64,000 nucleotides of DNA from a bacterium (lineage in GTDB: Bacteria > Desulfobacterota > DSWW01). This document shows positions 44,988 through 53,781 of the stretch, piece by piece; position 1 is the stretch's first letter, and each line of letters begins with the position of its first letter. The notes under the pieces were generated by a model, which saw only the letters and a program-made list of their open reading frames with translations, was not told where the DNA came from and did not search any database. The position numbers and the translations under genes were made by a program. Location: contig JBFLZG010000065.1 of NCBI GenBank assembly GCA_040756235.1, forward strand, positions 1 through 64,000. The letters are read 5' to 3'.

Positions 44988-47900
44988 TCAGCCCGGGTGC
45001 GCCGGAGCCTCGGCCACCGCCTCCGCGCTCTCCCGCGGGCCTGCGGCGCGGCCCGGCCCGCGCGGCAGCTCGTCCCGGAGAGCCCGGGCCTGCGCGCAGG
45101 AAGGGTGGAAAAGCAACACCCGGTCGACGCACTCCGCCGCCCGCTCGAATCGATGGAGGCTCGCGAACAGCCTCGCACCCGCCAGCAGCAGGTCCTCTCG
45201 GGCTGGGTGCAGGCGGAGGGCCTGCTCGACCAGGGGCACCACTCGCTCCCGGTCCGCCGCGCCGCCATCCGTTCCGCACATCCGGATCACCCAGTCGGTC
45301 GGATCTCCGCATCGGGCCGCCAGCCGGGCATGTACGGCCAGAGCCTCCGCCGAGCTCCCCGCCGCCTCCAGGCGCTGCCCTTCCGCGCGCAGGATCTCGG
45401 TCTTGCGTCCGGCCCTCACCAGGTACTGGAACACGAAGAAGTCGCGGGCCTCGTCGGCATCCACGTCCCGCACCACCAGACGGCCCAGCTCCAGGTCGAC
45501 GGTGGCGCCCGGCGGGACCGAGGGGACCCTCGGGTCCACGTTCGCTTGAACTTCCTCCGCCTCGAGACCGCAGGCATCCAGCAGCCGCATGATCTCCTTG
45601 CGCGTGAAGAAGCGCAGATGGCCCCGGTCGAGAATGCCCTGGTCCTGGTAGGTCCAGCTCCCCTCCGCGAGGTGCTGCAGGACGCCCCAGAAGCGCGCGT
45701 TCGGCACGCTCAGGACCACCGAGCCGGCCGGCTGCAACCAGCACAGGTAGCGTTCCAGCACGGCCTTCGGATCGATCGTGTGCTCCAGCACGTCGGCAAA
45801 GACGATCGTATCGAAGGTGCCGCTTCCCGCCGGCGGGGCCCACCGGCATGCGTCCGCCACAGCCACGCGGTCCAGCCGGCCTTCCGCCTCCCGGGCCGCG
45901 GCCGGGTCCATCTCCACGCCCCAGACTTCGCAGGACCGCTCCCGCTCCTTGAGAAACTTCCCGAGGTGACCGCAGCCGCACCCGACGTCCAGGATTCTCC
46001 TCGACTCTGCCGGGATCAGGCGGGCGACCTCGCGCCGCTCCTTCATCGCCTCGGTCCGCTCAGGGGCGCACGCCCCGGCGGAGCTCGCGGCGCGGCCGGC
46101 TCCGACTTCATTCCACGAGCAGCCGCCGACGGCGCCGCGCCGCGCGCCTTGCGCGATATGGGGCCGGCCGGGAGACTCGACGGCCGCGAGCATTGCGCCG
46201 GCCCGGTCTTCGTAGGTATGCTTGGCGAGCACTTCTTCTCTCCCTTGCGCAGCGATCCGCTGCCTCTGAGGGCCATCCTCGAGATATCGCGCGACCCGCT
46301 CCAACAGCTCGGCGTCGCTCCTGTAAACGACCAGGTGCTCTTCATCGCGGAACAGGTCGGCGAGCCCGCTCCCCCCGGCCGCGTCCGTCACCAGGAGGCT
46401 CCCCGATGCCATGGCCTCGAACACCCGCATGTTCAGGTCGTTCCGGGCCGAGCAGTTGAACACGATCTTGGAACGGCTGAAGACCAGAGCCATCCGCTCC
46501 AGGAAACACCTCTCCAGGTGCACCGGGAACCGCTTGGCGAGCTCGATGAGGAGCGCGTTGCGCCTGCGGTTGGCGGCGGTCACGCTGCCCACGAAAGCGA
46601 TCTCGTGGATCTTCTCGACCTCGTGTCGGCCGTGGATCTCGGGATCGCAGGCCAGAGGGAGCCACCGGACCCCGGCAATTCCGGACCGTGCGAACGGCTC
46701 CACGAACTTCTTCTGCGCCAGGAAGACGTGCCGGAAGCGCGCCGCCGTCTCCAGGTGCGCGCTGCCGTGCAAGTGGGTGTCGATGAGCCAGCAGGCGCTC
46801 GGGCACGGCAGCGCTTCGACCCCCTCCAGGGGATAGCTCACCCCGGTCTCGACCCACAGGAAAAGGTCCGGGTCCCACCCCTTCGGGAGCTTGTCCAGGA
46901 CCTTGCGCAAGTCCGGCGTGAAGTAGGGCAGATCGTGCGGTCGCACCCGGTCCCGGATCTCTCCCAGATCCCATGCCCTGAGGATCCTCTCGTCGACGCA
47001 CGGTCCGTAAGTGATCAGGTCATGACGCTTGCGCAGCGCCTTCTCCAGGTACGCGGCGGTGGTGCCCGGGTTGGAGGTGTAGCTCATCAGGATGCGCATC
47101 CGCCGGCCGGAGCCGCGGCCGGCAGCCGGGGGCGGGCGGCCCGGAACGGCGCTCGGGCGCGCCCGGGGCGCGAGGTCCAGGGCCCGACGCCAACTCTCCA
47201 GGAAGGCGCGGATCGGAAATCGGTCGAGGGCCTTCTGCCGCGCCCGCCTGCCCATGATGCGCGCCAGCTCCGGATCGTTCAGCAGCGCGAGCGCCCGCTC
47301 CCGCAGCACCGCCTCCGCCGCCGACACGAATCCGTCCGCTCCGTCGTCGATCGGGGAACAGGGATGGGCCGTGGAGAGGACCGGCATACCGGTCGCCATG
47401 GCCTCGAGCATGGCCAGGTTGTACCCGTCCTCGTAAGGGTGGAGGGTGGTGTTGAGGTAGGCCCGGTGCCGCCTCAACTGCTCCCGGTACGCGTCCCAGT
47501 CTCGGGGAACGACCGACTCCGGCACCTCCGGGTTGAGCCCGAGCAGCGTGGATGGGATCCCCTCGAGGACCCGCTCCTGCACGGACCATCCGAGCATGAT
47601 ATCCCGCGGCTTGAGCCCGTTGCCGACTCTCAGGATCTTGCGCCGGTCGCCCGCGTATCCGCCGTAATCCCGGGGATCCACGCCCGGCAGGATGATCTCG
47701 CCGGTGAAGCCCCAGTCGGCCCGTTTGGATTCCGAAATGAAGACGAGCCTCAGGTTGGGGACGCCCGCGAGCAGCCGGTCCACGTCCCCCCGGTAGCCGG
47801 CCCGATCCACCGGCTCGCCGGACAGTGCCATTTCGGTCGTCAGCTTGTTGTGGAACACCAGGACCTTGAGAAGCGGGTACTCGCGCAGGAACAGCAGATC

Positions 47901-48125
47901 GTTCAGGTTGTGGCCCACGGCGCACCGGTACCTGCCCGCCCTGAGGTTCTCCCGGGCCTCCTCCTGCGAAATGAGGCGGCCGCTCGCCGGCACGGGCCGG
48001 AAGGCGCGGATCCATCCGTAGACGCCGCCCTTCCATTTCTCCACGATGTCGAGCTCGACGCCGAGCTTGGCGAGCAGGTGCACGTAGGATTCGTGCCAGT
48101 TGAAGGTAAGGACGCGAGCGGTCAT
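44988..48125 (-). CDS. Multi-domain enzyme: GT4 + CgeB-like GT + class I methyltransferase + TPR
   Basis: YNLAMLEAMATGMPV; WLPLACDP and NMRVFEAMASG; ILDVGCGCG, ADVLEH, GILDRGHLRFFT. Start ATG 48125 (the longer ORF start is repeat-derived). Confidence 0.87.
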   Translation of the reverse strand: MTARVLTFNWHESYVHLLAKLGVELDIVEKWKGGVYGWIRAFRPVPASGRLISQEEARENLRAGRYRCAVGHNLNDLLFLREYPLLKVLVFHNKLTTEMALSGEPVDRAGYRGDVDRLLAGVPNLRLVFISESKRADWGFTGEIILPGVDPRDYGGYAGDRRKILRVGNGLKPRDIMLGWSVQERVLEGIPSTLLGLNPEVPESVVPRDWDAYREQLRRHRAYLNTTLHPYEDGYNLAMLEAMATGMPVLSTAHPCSPIDDGADGFVSAAEAVLRERALALLNDPELARIMGRRARQKALDRFPIRAFLESWRRALDLAPRARPSAVPGRPPPAAGRGSGRRMRILMSYTSNPGTTAAYLEKALRKRHDLITYGPCVDERILRAWDLGEIRDRVRPHDLPYFTPDLRKVLDKLPKGWDPDLFLWVETGVSYPLEGVEALPCPSACWLIDTHLHGSAHLETAARFRHVFLAQKKFVEPFARSGIAGVRWLPLACDPEIHGRHEVEKIHEIAFVGSVTAANRRRNALLIELAKRFPVHLERCFLERMALVFSRSKIVFNCSARNDLNMRVFEAMASGSLLVTDAAGGSGLADLFRDEEHLVVYRSDAELLERVARYLEDGPQRQRIAAQGREEVLAKHTYEDRAGAMLAAVESPGRPHIAQGARRGAVGGCSWNEVGAGRAASSAGACAPERTEAMKERREVARLIPAESRRILDVGCGCGHLGKFLKERERSCEVWGVEMDPAAAREAEGRLDRVAVADACRWAPPAGSGTFDTIVFADVLEHTIDPKAVLERYLCWLQPAGSVVLSVPNARFWGVLQHLAEGSWTYQDQGILDRGHLRFFTRKEIMRLLDACGLEAEEVQANVDPRVPSVPPGATVDLELGRLVVRDVDADEARDFFVFQYLVRAGRKTEILRAEGQRLEAAGSSAEALAVHARLAARCGDPTDWVIRMCGTDGGAADRERVVPLVEQALRLHPAREDLLLAGARLFASLHRFERAAECVDRVLLFHPSCAQARALRDELPRGPGRAAGPRESAEAVAEAPAHPG

Positions 48126-48232
48126 GTCCGTAGCCCCCCCCCGAAAAATGCTCGGAGGCTCACGAGAACTGGGCAATGCGATGCGGTAATTCGAAAGGAT
48201 ATGCAGCGAGCCAACCGACTCCTGCGGCTGTT

Positions 48233-48481
48233 TTTTCCCCCCCTTTGAAAAAGGGGGGATAGGGGGGATTTTCGAGCTCAGCTTCTCCATCCAAAATCCC
48301 CCCGGCCCCTCTTTGCGAGAGGGTGTCGAAAAACACCCTCTGGAGAGGCTGTTGAGAAATGGCCAGATGCAAGGCGCGCGACATCCCGAGGAATGAGGCG
48401 TACATGGCAGTACGCCGCAATGACGAGGGATGAGCGCAACGCCGCAGATGGCCGTTTATCGACAGCCTCTACGAAAGGGGG
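48233..48481. mobile_element. Poly-C/poly-G palindromes with nested MITE family A minimal copy (48344-48470)
   Basis: Intact CCCCCCCTTTGAAAAAGGGGGG hairpin. A second one is interrupted by AGAGGGTGTCGAAAAACACCCTCT plus a 127-bp element with AGAGGCTGT...ACAGCCTCT ends. Confidence 0.75.
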
Positions 48482-48529
48482 CGAAGAGTTCGTAGACCCT
48501 GTAGGCAGACAGCAATTCTCGTACCAGGC

Positions 48530-48865
48530 TCAAGCGCGGCGGGACAGTCGTCGCCGGGATCCTTCGGGGTCGGCGCAAGGGGCGTGCAGCATCTTCTTCA
48601 GGCAGGTGATTCTCTGCATTCTTCGTTGGATATCGGAGGACTTCGAGACCAGGAGCCACAGGATCTCCCGGTCCGTCTCCAGAATCTGGCGCAGGATCTC
48701 GCGCTCGTCGTCGTCCGGCTCGTCAATAATTTGGATGTCGGCAAGAACTTGTTGACGCCCGGTCTGGAGCCCTCCGACTTCCTCCAGGTCCTCGCGCGCA
48801 AGGAGCTCCCGCTGCCTGCGCGCGATCTCGAGGATTCGCTCCAGCTTCTGGATGCGCGTGTGCAA
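48530..48865 (-). CDS. FliT-like helical protein
   Basis: Position after fliS; size and pattern (ILRQILETDREI) fit FliT; TTG start. Confidence 0.55.
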   Translation of the reverse strand: MHTRIQKLERILEIARRQRELLAREDLEEVGGLQTGRQQVLADIQIIDEPDDDEREILRQILETDREILWLLVSKSSDIQRRMQRITCLKKMLHAPCADPEGSRRRLSRRA

Positions 48866-48894
48866 GATGCGTCCCCTGTCCGATCAGCCGGGCT

Positions 48895-48921
48895 GTAAGG
48901 GCGAAAATCTTTCGCCCCTGC
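48895..48921. repeat. GTAG-type REP hairpin
   Basis: GTAAGGGCGAAAATCTTTCGCCCCTGC after the fliS stop. Confidence 0.65.
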
Positions 48922-48937
48922 GGGGTGGAACTGCCGC

Positions 48938-49318
48938 TCAGTGGGTGCAGCCGTTCTTCTCGAGAGACACCCAGCCTTCCTTGAGCTCCTTCAAGACGCG
49001 CAAGGCCCCTTCGATGAAGGCGGGGTCTTTCTTCAGGTTCGCCTTCAGAAAAGAGTCGAGCAGGTAGCGGTAGAGCGCATCCAGCCGTTCGGCGACCTCA
49101 CCGCCCCGCTCCTTGTCGAGCGAGCTCATGAGCTCCGACACGATGGCGCAGGCCTTGCTCAGGTGGAGGCCTTTGGCTTCGGCGTTTCCTTTCCGGGTCT
49201 CCTCCAGAGCGACCGTCGCGTGCGCGATGCACGCTTCATAACACAGAACAACGATCCGCAGCCGGTCGGCGGTGGTGACGTCGGCTCTCTGGTAGCCTCG
49301 CGTGACTTGCACCTGCAT
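48938..49318 (-). CDS. fliS: Flagellin export chaperone FliS
   Basis: YQ...VTTA, SELMSSLD..GGEVAERLDALY and ELKEGW. Confidence 0.92.
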   Translation of the reverse strand: MQVQVTRGYQRADVTTADRLRIVVLCYEACIAHATVALEETRKGNAEAKGLHLSKACAIVSELMSSLDKERGGEVAERLDALYRYLLDSFLKANLKKDPAFIEGALRVLKELKEGWVSLEKNGCTH

Positions 49319-49370
49319 TCTGCTTCTCCTTGCGCTCTATCGTGACTTGAAACCGTCTTGCTCGATGGAA

Positions 49371-50744
49371 TCAGGAATTCGTCGCAGACGAGAAGAACTG
49401 GTCCTGCGCCATGGTGGAAGAGATCAGAGACTCCAGGGCCGCGAACTGCGCCCGCAAGCGGACCTCGTAACGCTCCAGGGCAGCCTCCTGCTCCCGGATC
49501 TTCGTCTCGAGGCTCTGCATGCGGCTGCTCAGCCCTTCGATCCGGATCGCAAGGTCCCCGTCCTCGGATCGGGTCGCGGCAAACGCCATCTGGTAGAGCT
49601 TCTCCGCCACTCCCTCGGTGGCGGCCCCGTCGATGAAGAGGTTCGTCACCGCGGCCGGGTCCTCATCCAGGGCGTCCTGGAGCTCGCCTTGGTCCAGCGC
49701 GAGCGTTCCGTCCCGCTGGGTCGAGACGCCGATCTGGGAGAGCGCCTTCAGCTCCGCGGGCAGCCCGGACACGCCCGAGGAGACGATGCTCCCCATGCGC
49801 CGGAGGATCGCGCGAACCGTGCCCTCCGCGTACAGAGGATCGGCCGTGTGCTCCTCGGTGTCGTAGTCGCTCCGGCCGGAGATGTAGGTCACCACCTCGT
49901 TGTAACTGTCGATGAGCGTCTGGATCTTGGCCGTGATCCCGGCGCGGTCCTGGCTGACCTGAAGGGCCACGGAGGATCCTTCCTGGGCCTTGTGCAGGAA
50001 CAGCGTCACCCCGGGAATGAGATCGGTCACGGTGTTCCCCGACCGATAGACCGTGAAACCATCCAGCTCGATCTCGGCGTCCTGAGGCTTCTGGATGTGA
50101 AGCGCTGAAACCAGGGTCGTATCGTTGACCGGGAAGCCGAGGTTCGTGTCGTCCTGCGTCACGATGATCTTGTTCGTCGCGCCCGTGTCCTCGCTCGAAA
50201 GGATGAGCCGGTACGGGGTCGCTCCCTGTCCCTCGTCGATGATGACCGCGTTCAGCCCGACGTCCAGGGCGTTCAAGGCGTCCTTCAGCTCCTCGAGGGT
50301 CGTTTCGGCGTCCACGTCCACGGCGTATTCCGTGCCGCTCTCGCCGATTTTGAAGCGGAACTGCCCGGCGCCCGATGCGATCGTTCCGTCCTCGGAGGCG
50401 AGGCCGTTGCCCGAGATGAGCTTGTGCGAGAGGGCCAGCTCCGAAACGATGAGGCTGTAGTCTCCGGTCGTCGCGGAGGAGCCGGCGTCGGCCGTCAGAA
50501 TGGTTGGGTCGCTCACGGTGACGGTCTTGTCCGCGAAGCCCGAAGAGGAGCGCAGCGCGGCCGCTGCGGCTTCCAGGGCATCGAGCTTGGTCGAAAGATC
50601 GGCGTACGCCGCGGCCTTCTGCTCGTAGCCGGCCTTGCGGCTTTCGAGCCGGTTGATGGGGACCCGCTCCACGTTGATGAGCTGTTCGATCAGACTGTTG
50701 TAATCGATGCCCGTGGTCAACCCGGAAACGCTGAGGGTCGCCAT
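49371..50744 (-). CDS. fliD: Flagellar filament cap protein FliD
   Basis: SGLTTGID, YRLILSSEDTG, SGNTVTDLIPGVT and LRAQFAALE. Confidence 0.95.
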   Translation of the reverse strand: MATLSVSGLTTGIDYNSLIEQLINVERVPINRLESRKAGYEQKAAAYADLSTKLDALEAAAAALRSSSGFADKTVTVSDPTILTADAGSSATTGDYSLIVSELALSHKLISGNGLASEDGTIASGAGQFRFKIGESGTEYAVDVDAETTLEELKDALNALDVGLNAVIIDEGQGATPYRLILSSEDTGATNKIIVTQDDTNLGFPVNDTTLVSALHIQKPQDAEIELDGFTVYRSGNTVTDLIPGVTLFLHKAQEGSSVALQVSQDRAGITAKIQTLIDSYNEVVTYISGRSDYDTEEHTADPLYAEGTVRAILRRMGSIVSSGVSGLPAELKALSQIGVSTQRDGTLALDQGELQDALDEDPAAVTNLFIDGAATEGVAEKLYQMAFAATRSEDGDLAIRIEGLSSRMQSLETKIREQEAALERYEVRLRAQFAALESLISSTMAQDQFFSSATNS

Positions 50745-50805
50745 GCGCGTCTGCTCCTGTGTCCGAGTCGTCCCGGCTGGTGAGACTCTACGAAAGAGGG
50801 GGTGA

Positions 50806-50832
50806 GCGGGAGGCGCCTGGGGCGCCTCCCGC
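50806..50832 (-). terminator. Strong hairpin after fliC (terminator or mRNA stabiliser)
   Basis: GCGGGAGGCGCC-3 nt-GGCGCCTCCCGC; weak U-tract suggests partial read-through into fliD. Confidence 0.6.
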
Positions 50833-50878
50833 CGACCTCCGGACCCATCTTAGAGTCGCGTATCCACCCGGCCGGACA

Positions 50879-51718
50879 TCATCCGAGCAGGGTGAGAGCC
50901 TGCTGCGGCAGCACGTTGGCCTGAGCCAGGACCGAGGTGCCGGCCTGCATCAGGATCTGGTTCTTGACATAGACCGCGGTTTCATACGCAAAGTCTGCAT
51001 CCTCGATGCGGGAGTTGGCGGCCGAGAAGTTTTCCGATGAGGACTGCAGGTTCGCGATCGTGTACTCCAGCCGGTTCTGGAGCGCGCCGATGTCGCCCCT
51101 CCTCTCGGAGAGGACCGTGATGGCGCTCGCGTCGATGACCGCCAGGGCGGACTGCGCGAGCGACGCCGTGCTGATGCTGTTGGCGTTGGCCGTGTTCAGG
51201 CCGAGGGCGGCCGCGTCCGTGTCGGACATCGAGAAGCTCAGACGGTTCTGGGTGCTGTTCTTGAAGCCGACCTGGAAATTGACGCCCGAGGAGATCGTGC
51301 CGTCGAGGAGCTTCTTGCCGGCGAACTCGGTCACGTCCGAGATTCGCGTGATTTCGCTCTTCAGCGACAGGTACTCGTCGTTCAGATATTGGCGCTCTTC
51401 CTGCCCCAGGCTCTCGTTGGCGGCCTGCTCGGCGAGCTCGCGCATCCTGAGCAGGATGTTGCTCATCTCCGAAAGCCCGCCTTCGGCCGTCTGCAGGAGG
51501 CTGACGGCGTCGTTGGCGTTGCGCACGGCCTGGTTGATGCTCCGGATCTGGGCCTTCATCGAGGTGGAAAGGGCCAGCCCGGCCGCATCGTCGGCGGCGC
51601 GGTTGATGCGCAGGCCGGAGGTCAGTCTCTCGACCGACCTGGACAGAGAGTTGCTGGTCTTCTGCAGGTTGCGCTGGGCGATGAGGGACGAAATGTTGGT
51701 GTTGACCGTCATGGCCAT
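50879..51718 (-). CDS. fliC: Flagellin (short, 279 aa)
   Basis: VNTNISSLIAQRNL, SGLRINRAADDAAGL, RGDIGALQNRL, SRIEDADFA and AQANVLPQQALTLL. Confidence 0.97.
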   Translation of the reverse strand: MAMTVNTNISSLIAQRNLQKTSNSLSRSVERLTSGLRINRAADDAAGLALSTSMKAQIRSINQAVRNANDAVSLLQTAEGGLSEMSNILLRMRELAEQAANESLGQEERQYLNDEYLSLKSEITRISDVTEFAGKKLLDGTISSGVNFQVGFKNSTQNRLSFSMSDTDAAALGLNTANANSISTASLAQSALAVIDASAITVLSERRGDIGALQNRLEYTIANLQSSSENFSAANSRIEDADFAYETAVYVKNQILMQAGTSVLAQANVLPQQALTLLG

Positions 51719-51722
51719 GGTG

Positions 51723-51756
51723 ACATCCTCCTTGATGTTTACCGATCTGCTTCCTT
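51723..51756 (-). promoter_or_regulatory. Putative CsrA-binding sites in the fliC leader
   Basis: Two AAGGA motifs; the proximal one is the SD, presented in hairpin ACATC-AAGGAG-GATGT. Confidence 0.6.
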
Positions 51757-51890
51757 GCGCGATACTCTACGAACCGCTTTCGACCGGAGCCTGCTGCGAC
51801 AGGCTCCCGGCACGCTCGGACGGGCAGCGGGCTCTGGCAGTTGAGTCGACCTCCTTTCCGGCCGGAATTGCCGCACCATCTCAAGGTCCA

Positions 51891-51917
51891 TTATCGGTGG
51901 AACGTCCAAAAGCTTTA
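51891..51917 (-). promoter_or_regulatory. sigma28 promoter of fliC
   Basis: TAAA-N15-ACCGATAA. Confidence 0.85.
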
Positions 51918-51918
51918 G

Positions 51919-52045
51919 GCAGGCTGTTGAAAAACGCCCGTCTGCTGCGTTCGGCTTGTTCTTCGTCATTGCGGCGTACTGCCACGTACGCCTCAGTCCT
52001 CAGAACTTCGCCTGCCTTGCATCTGGGCATTTTTGCACAGCCTGC
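51919..52045. mobile_element. MITE-like family A, 127-bp copy in reverse orientation
   Basis: GCAGGCTGTTGAAAAACGCCC...GGGCATTTTTGCACAGCCTGC. Confidence 0.75.
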
Positions 52046-52200
52046 AAATGGGTCTGCTTAAGAGGCTCTTGGCGACGAACGGCTTTTGTCAGTGGTCGGT
52101 TGCCGGGAACGTGGGGCAGTTCGGTTGATGCCTGTAATCTGGAGTTACAGAGGATGACCGGCTGGGAGCCGGGGAGAGGCGGCTGAACACTGATAACGGA

Positions 52201-52641
52201 CTACTTCTTCCGGGCCAGGGGCACGGCCACGGTCGGATGCGGCGTGTCGGCAATCACCTGAACGCCCCTGCGGGCGAGGGGATCCACCAGGAGCGGCGCC
52301 TGGACGTGGACGTGCAGGACAGCGGCGGCATGGTCGACGTGGAGGAGGGTCAGCGTTCTCAACGATTCCCGGCGGCAGACCGGAGGCGGTTCCTCTGGAG
52401 AGCCGGGGTCGCCGATCTTCAGCTCGAAGTCGGGCAGGAACACTTTCGGGTCGGAGACGAGAAAAGCGACTCCGGGATCGTCCAGCGCCTGAAGCCACTG
52501 GATCGGGGAGCCCGGTCGGCTGTCGAGCAGGACGAATCGTTTGAGCGGCTCGAAACCGATCAGCCCCTTCGGAAAATCGATCACCGCGTCGGCAGCCAGC
52601 GAGACCTTGCCGAAACGGGTCGTCTCAAATTCGACTCTCAT
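52201..52641 (-). CDS. fliW: Flagellar assembly factor FliW
   Basis: ETTRFG, FPKGLIGFE, WLQALDDP and APLLV; overlaps the csrA stop. Confidence 0.9.
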   Translation of the reverse strand: MRVEFETTRFGKVSLAADAVIDFPKGLIGFEPLKRFVLLDSRPGSPIQWLQALDDPGVAFLVSDPKVFLPDFELKIGDPGSPEEPPPVCRRESLRTLTLLHVDHAAAVLHVHVQAPLLVDPLARRGVQVIADTPHPTVAVPLARKK

Positions 52642-52847
52642 AGGGAGCCCACATCCTCTCTCTTGGACCGGGCCGCCAGGAGGTTCAACCCGCGCACGCG
52701 TTCGTACAGCTCCTCCCGGTAGATCCCCTTCCCTTCCGGGGCCGTGATGCCGAGGCGCACCTGGCCTTCCCGTATCTCCAGCACCCGGATCTGGATGTTG
52801 TCGCCGATCCAGATCCCTTCGCCCGATTTTCTCGTCAGAACCAGCAT
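52638..52847 (-). CDS. csrA: Carbon storage regulator CsrA
   Basis: MLVLTRKSGE, QVRLGITAP and IYREEL. Confidence 0.95.
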   Translation of the reverse strand: MLVLTRKSGEGIWIGDNIQIRVLEIREGQVRLGITAPEGKGIYREELYERVRGLNLLAARSKREDVGSL

Positions 52848-52879
52848 CCGCCTTCCCTGGCAACGGCTCTGCCGCGTCC

Positions 52880-53770
52880 CTATAGAATATGGAGGGTTTC
52901 AAATATGAGCTGGGTAGACCGGATCGAAGCGTCCAGCGCCGACTGGTAGAGGGTGAACCGAGAGGCGGCCTGAGTGAGGTCCACGTCTTCCTCGCCCGAC
53001 ACGAACGACTGGAGCCACAGGAGCGTGTCCTCCAGCCGGGTCTCGGTCTGCTCCAGCCGGTTCACCCGTGCGCCGACCTCGGCGATCGCCTGGTTCATCT
53101 GCGCGAGGGACTGATCCAGACCGTCCAGGCTCGCCCGGATCCCCTCCTCGTCGCCGGCGTCCAGCGCCTGTTTCAGGCCCGCAAGCACGGCGAAGACGTC
53201 CGCGTCGCCCTGAAAGATGCGGGCTCCGGAGAATCCGATCGAGACCCACTCGCCCGGGCTGATTTCCTGCCTGTACTCCCCGCCGTCGCCCTGATAGGTG
53301 CCGTTCTGGTCGAAGGCGGGCGCGTCGCTCTTGAAACCGGCAAAGAGGTAGCGGGTGCCGGCGCCGCTGCCTCCGGACCAGCTCGCGTTCGCCATGGACA
53401 GGGTCTGATCGAACAGGTTCTGCACTTCGATCGCGATCCCGGCCAGACCGTTCTGGTCGGTTCCGCCGGAAGCACCCTGCATGGCCAGTTCCTTGGCCCG
53501 GATCAGGAGGTTGACGACCGACTCGAGCGACGATTCGGCTTCGGACAGGTAGCCCTGGCCCGAAGCGATGTTCCTCTGGAACTGACCCAGCTCCCTCTGC
53601 ATGCTCTTGGTGCTGAGCAGCCTTGTGAACAGAGGAGGGTTGTCGCCGGGGCTGCGCAGCCTCTTGCCCGTGGCCAGGTCCTGCTGCGCTTCATACAGCC
53701 TTTCGAGGTTGTCCATGGTCCGCCGGGTGGCGGATTCGTACATCAGCGTGGTGGACACCCGAAGACCCAT
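52880..53770 (-). CDS. flgL: Hook-associated protein FlgL
   Basis: LATGKRL..PGDNP, YLFAG, YQGD and AEVGARVNRL. Confidence 0.92.
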   Translation of the reverse strand: MGLRVSTTLMYESATRRTMDNLERLYEAQQDLATGKRLRSPGDNPPLFTRLLSTKSMQRELGQFQRNIASGQGYLSEAESSLESVVNLLIRAKELAMQGASGGTDQNGLAGIAIEVQNLFDQTLSMANASWSGGSGAGTRYLFAGFKSDAPAFDQNGTYQGDGGEYRQEISPGEWVSIGFSGARIFQGDADVFAVLAGLKQALDAGDEEGIRASLDGLDQSLAQMNQAIAEVGARVNRLEQTETRLEDTLLWLQSFVSGEEDVDLTQAASRFTLYQSALDASIRSTQLIFETLHIL

Positions 53771-53781
53771 CCGAGACTCCG

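Noticed and set aside
48126..48290. N-terminal extension MEKLSSKIPPIPPFSKGG of the GT ORF, and similar extensions of ORFs 37896-39386 and 33694-36750
   Set aside because: Translations of repeat or intergenic DNA; better starts with SD or signal peptides lie downstream.
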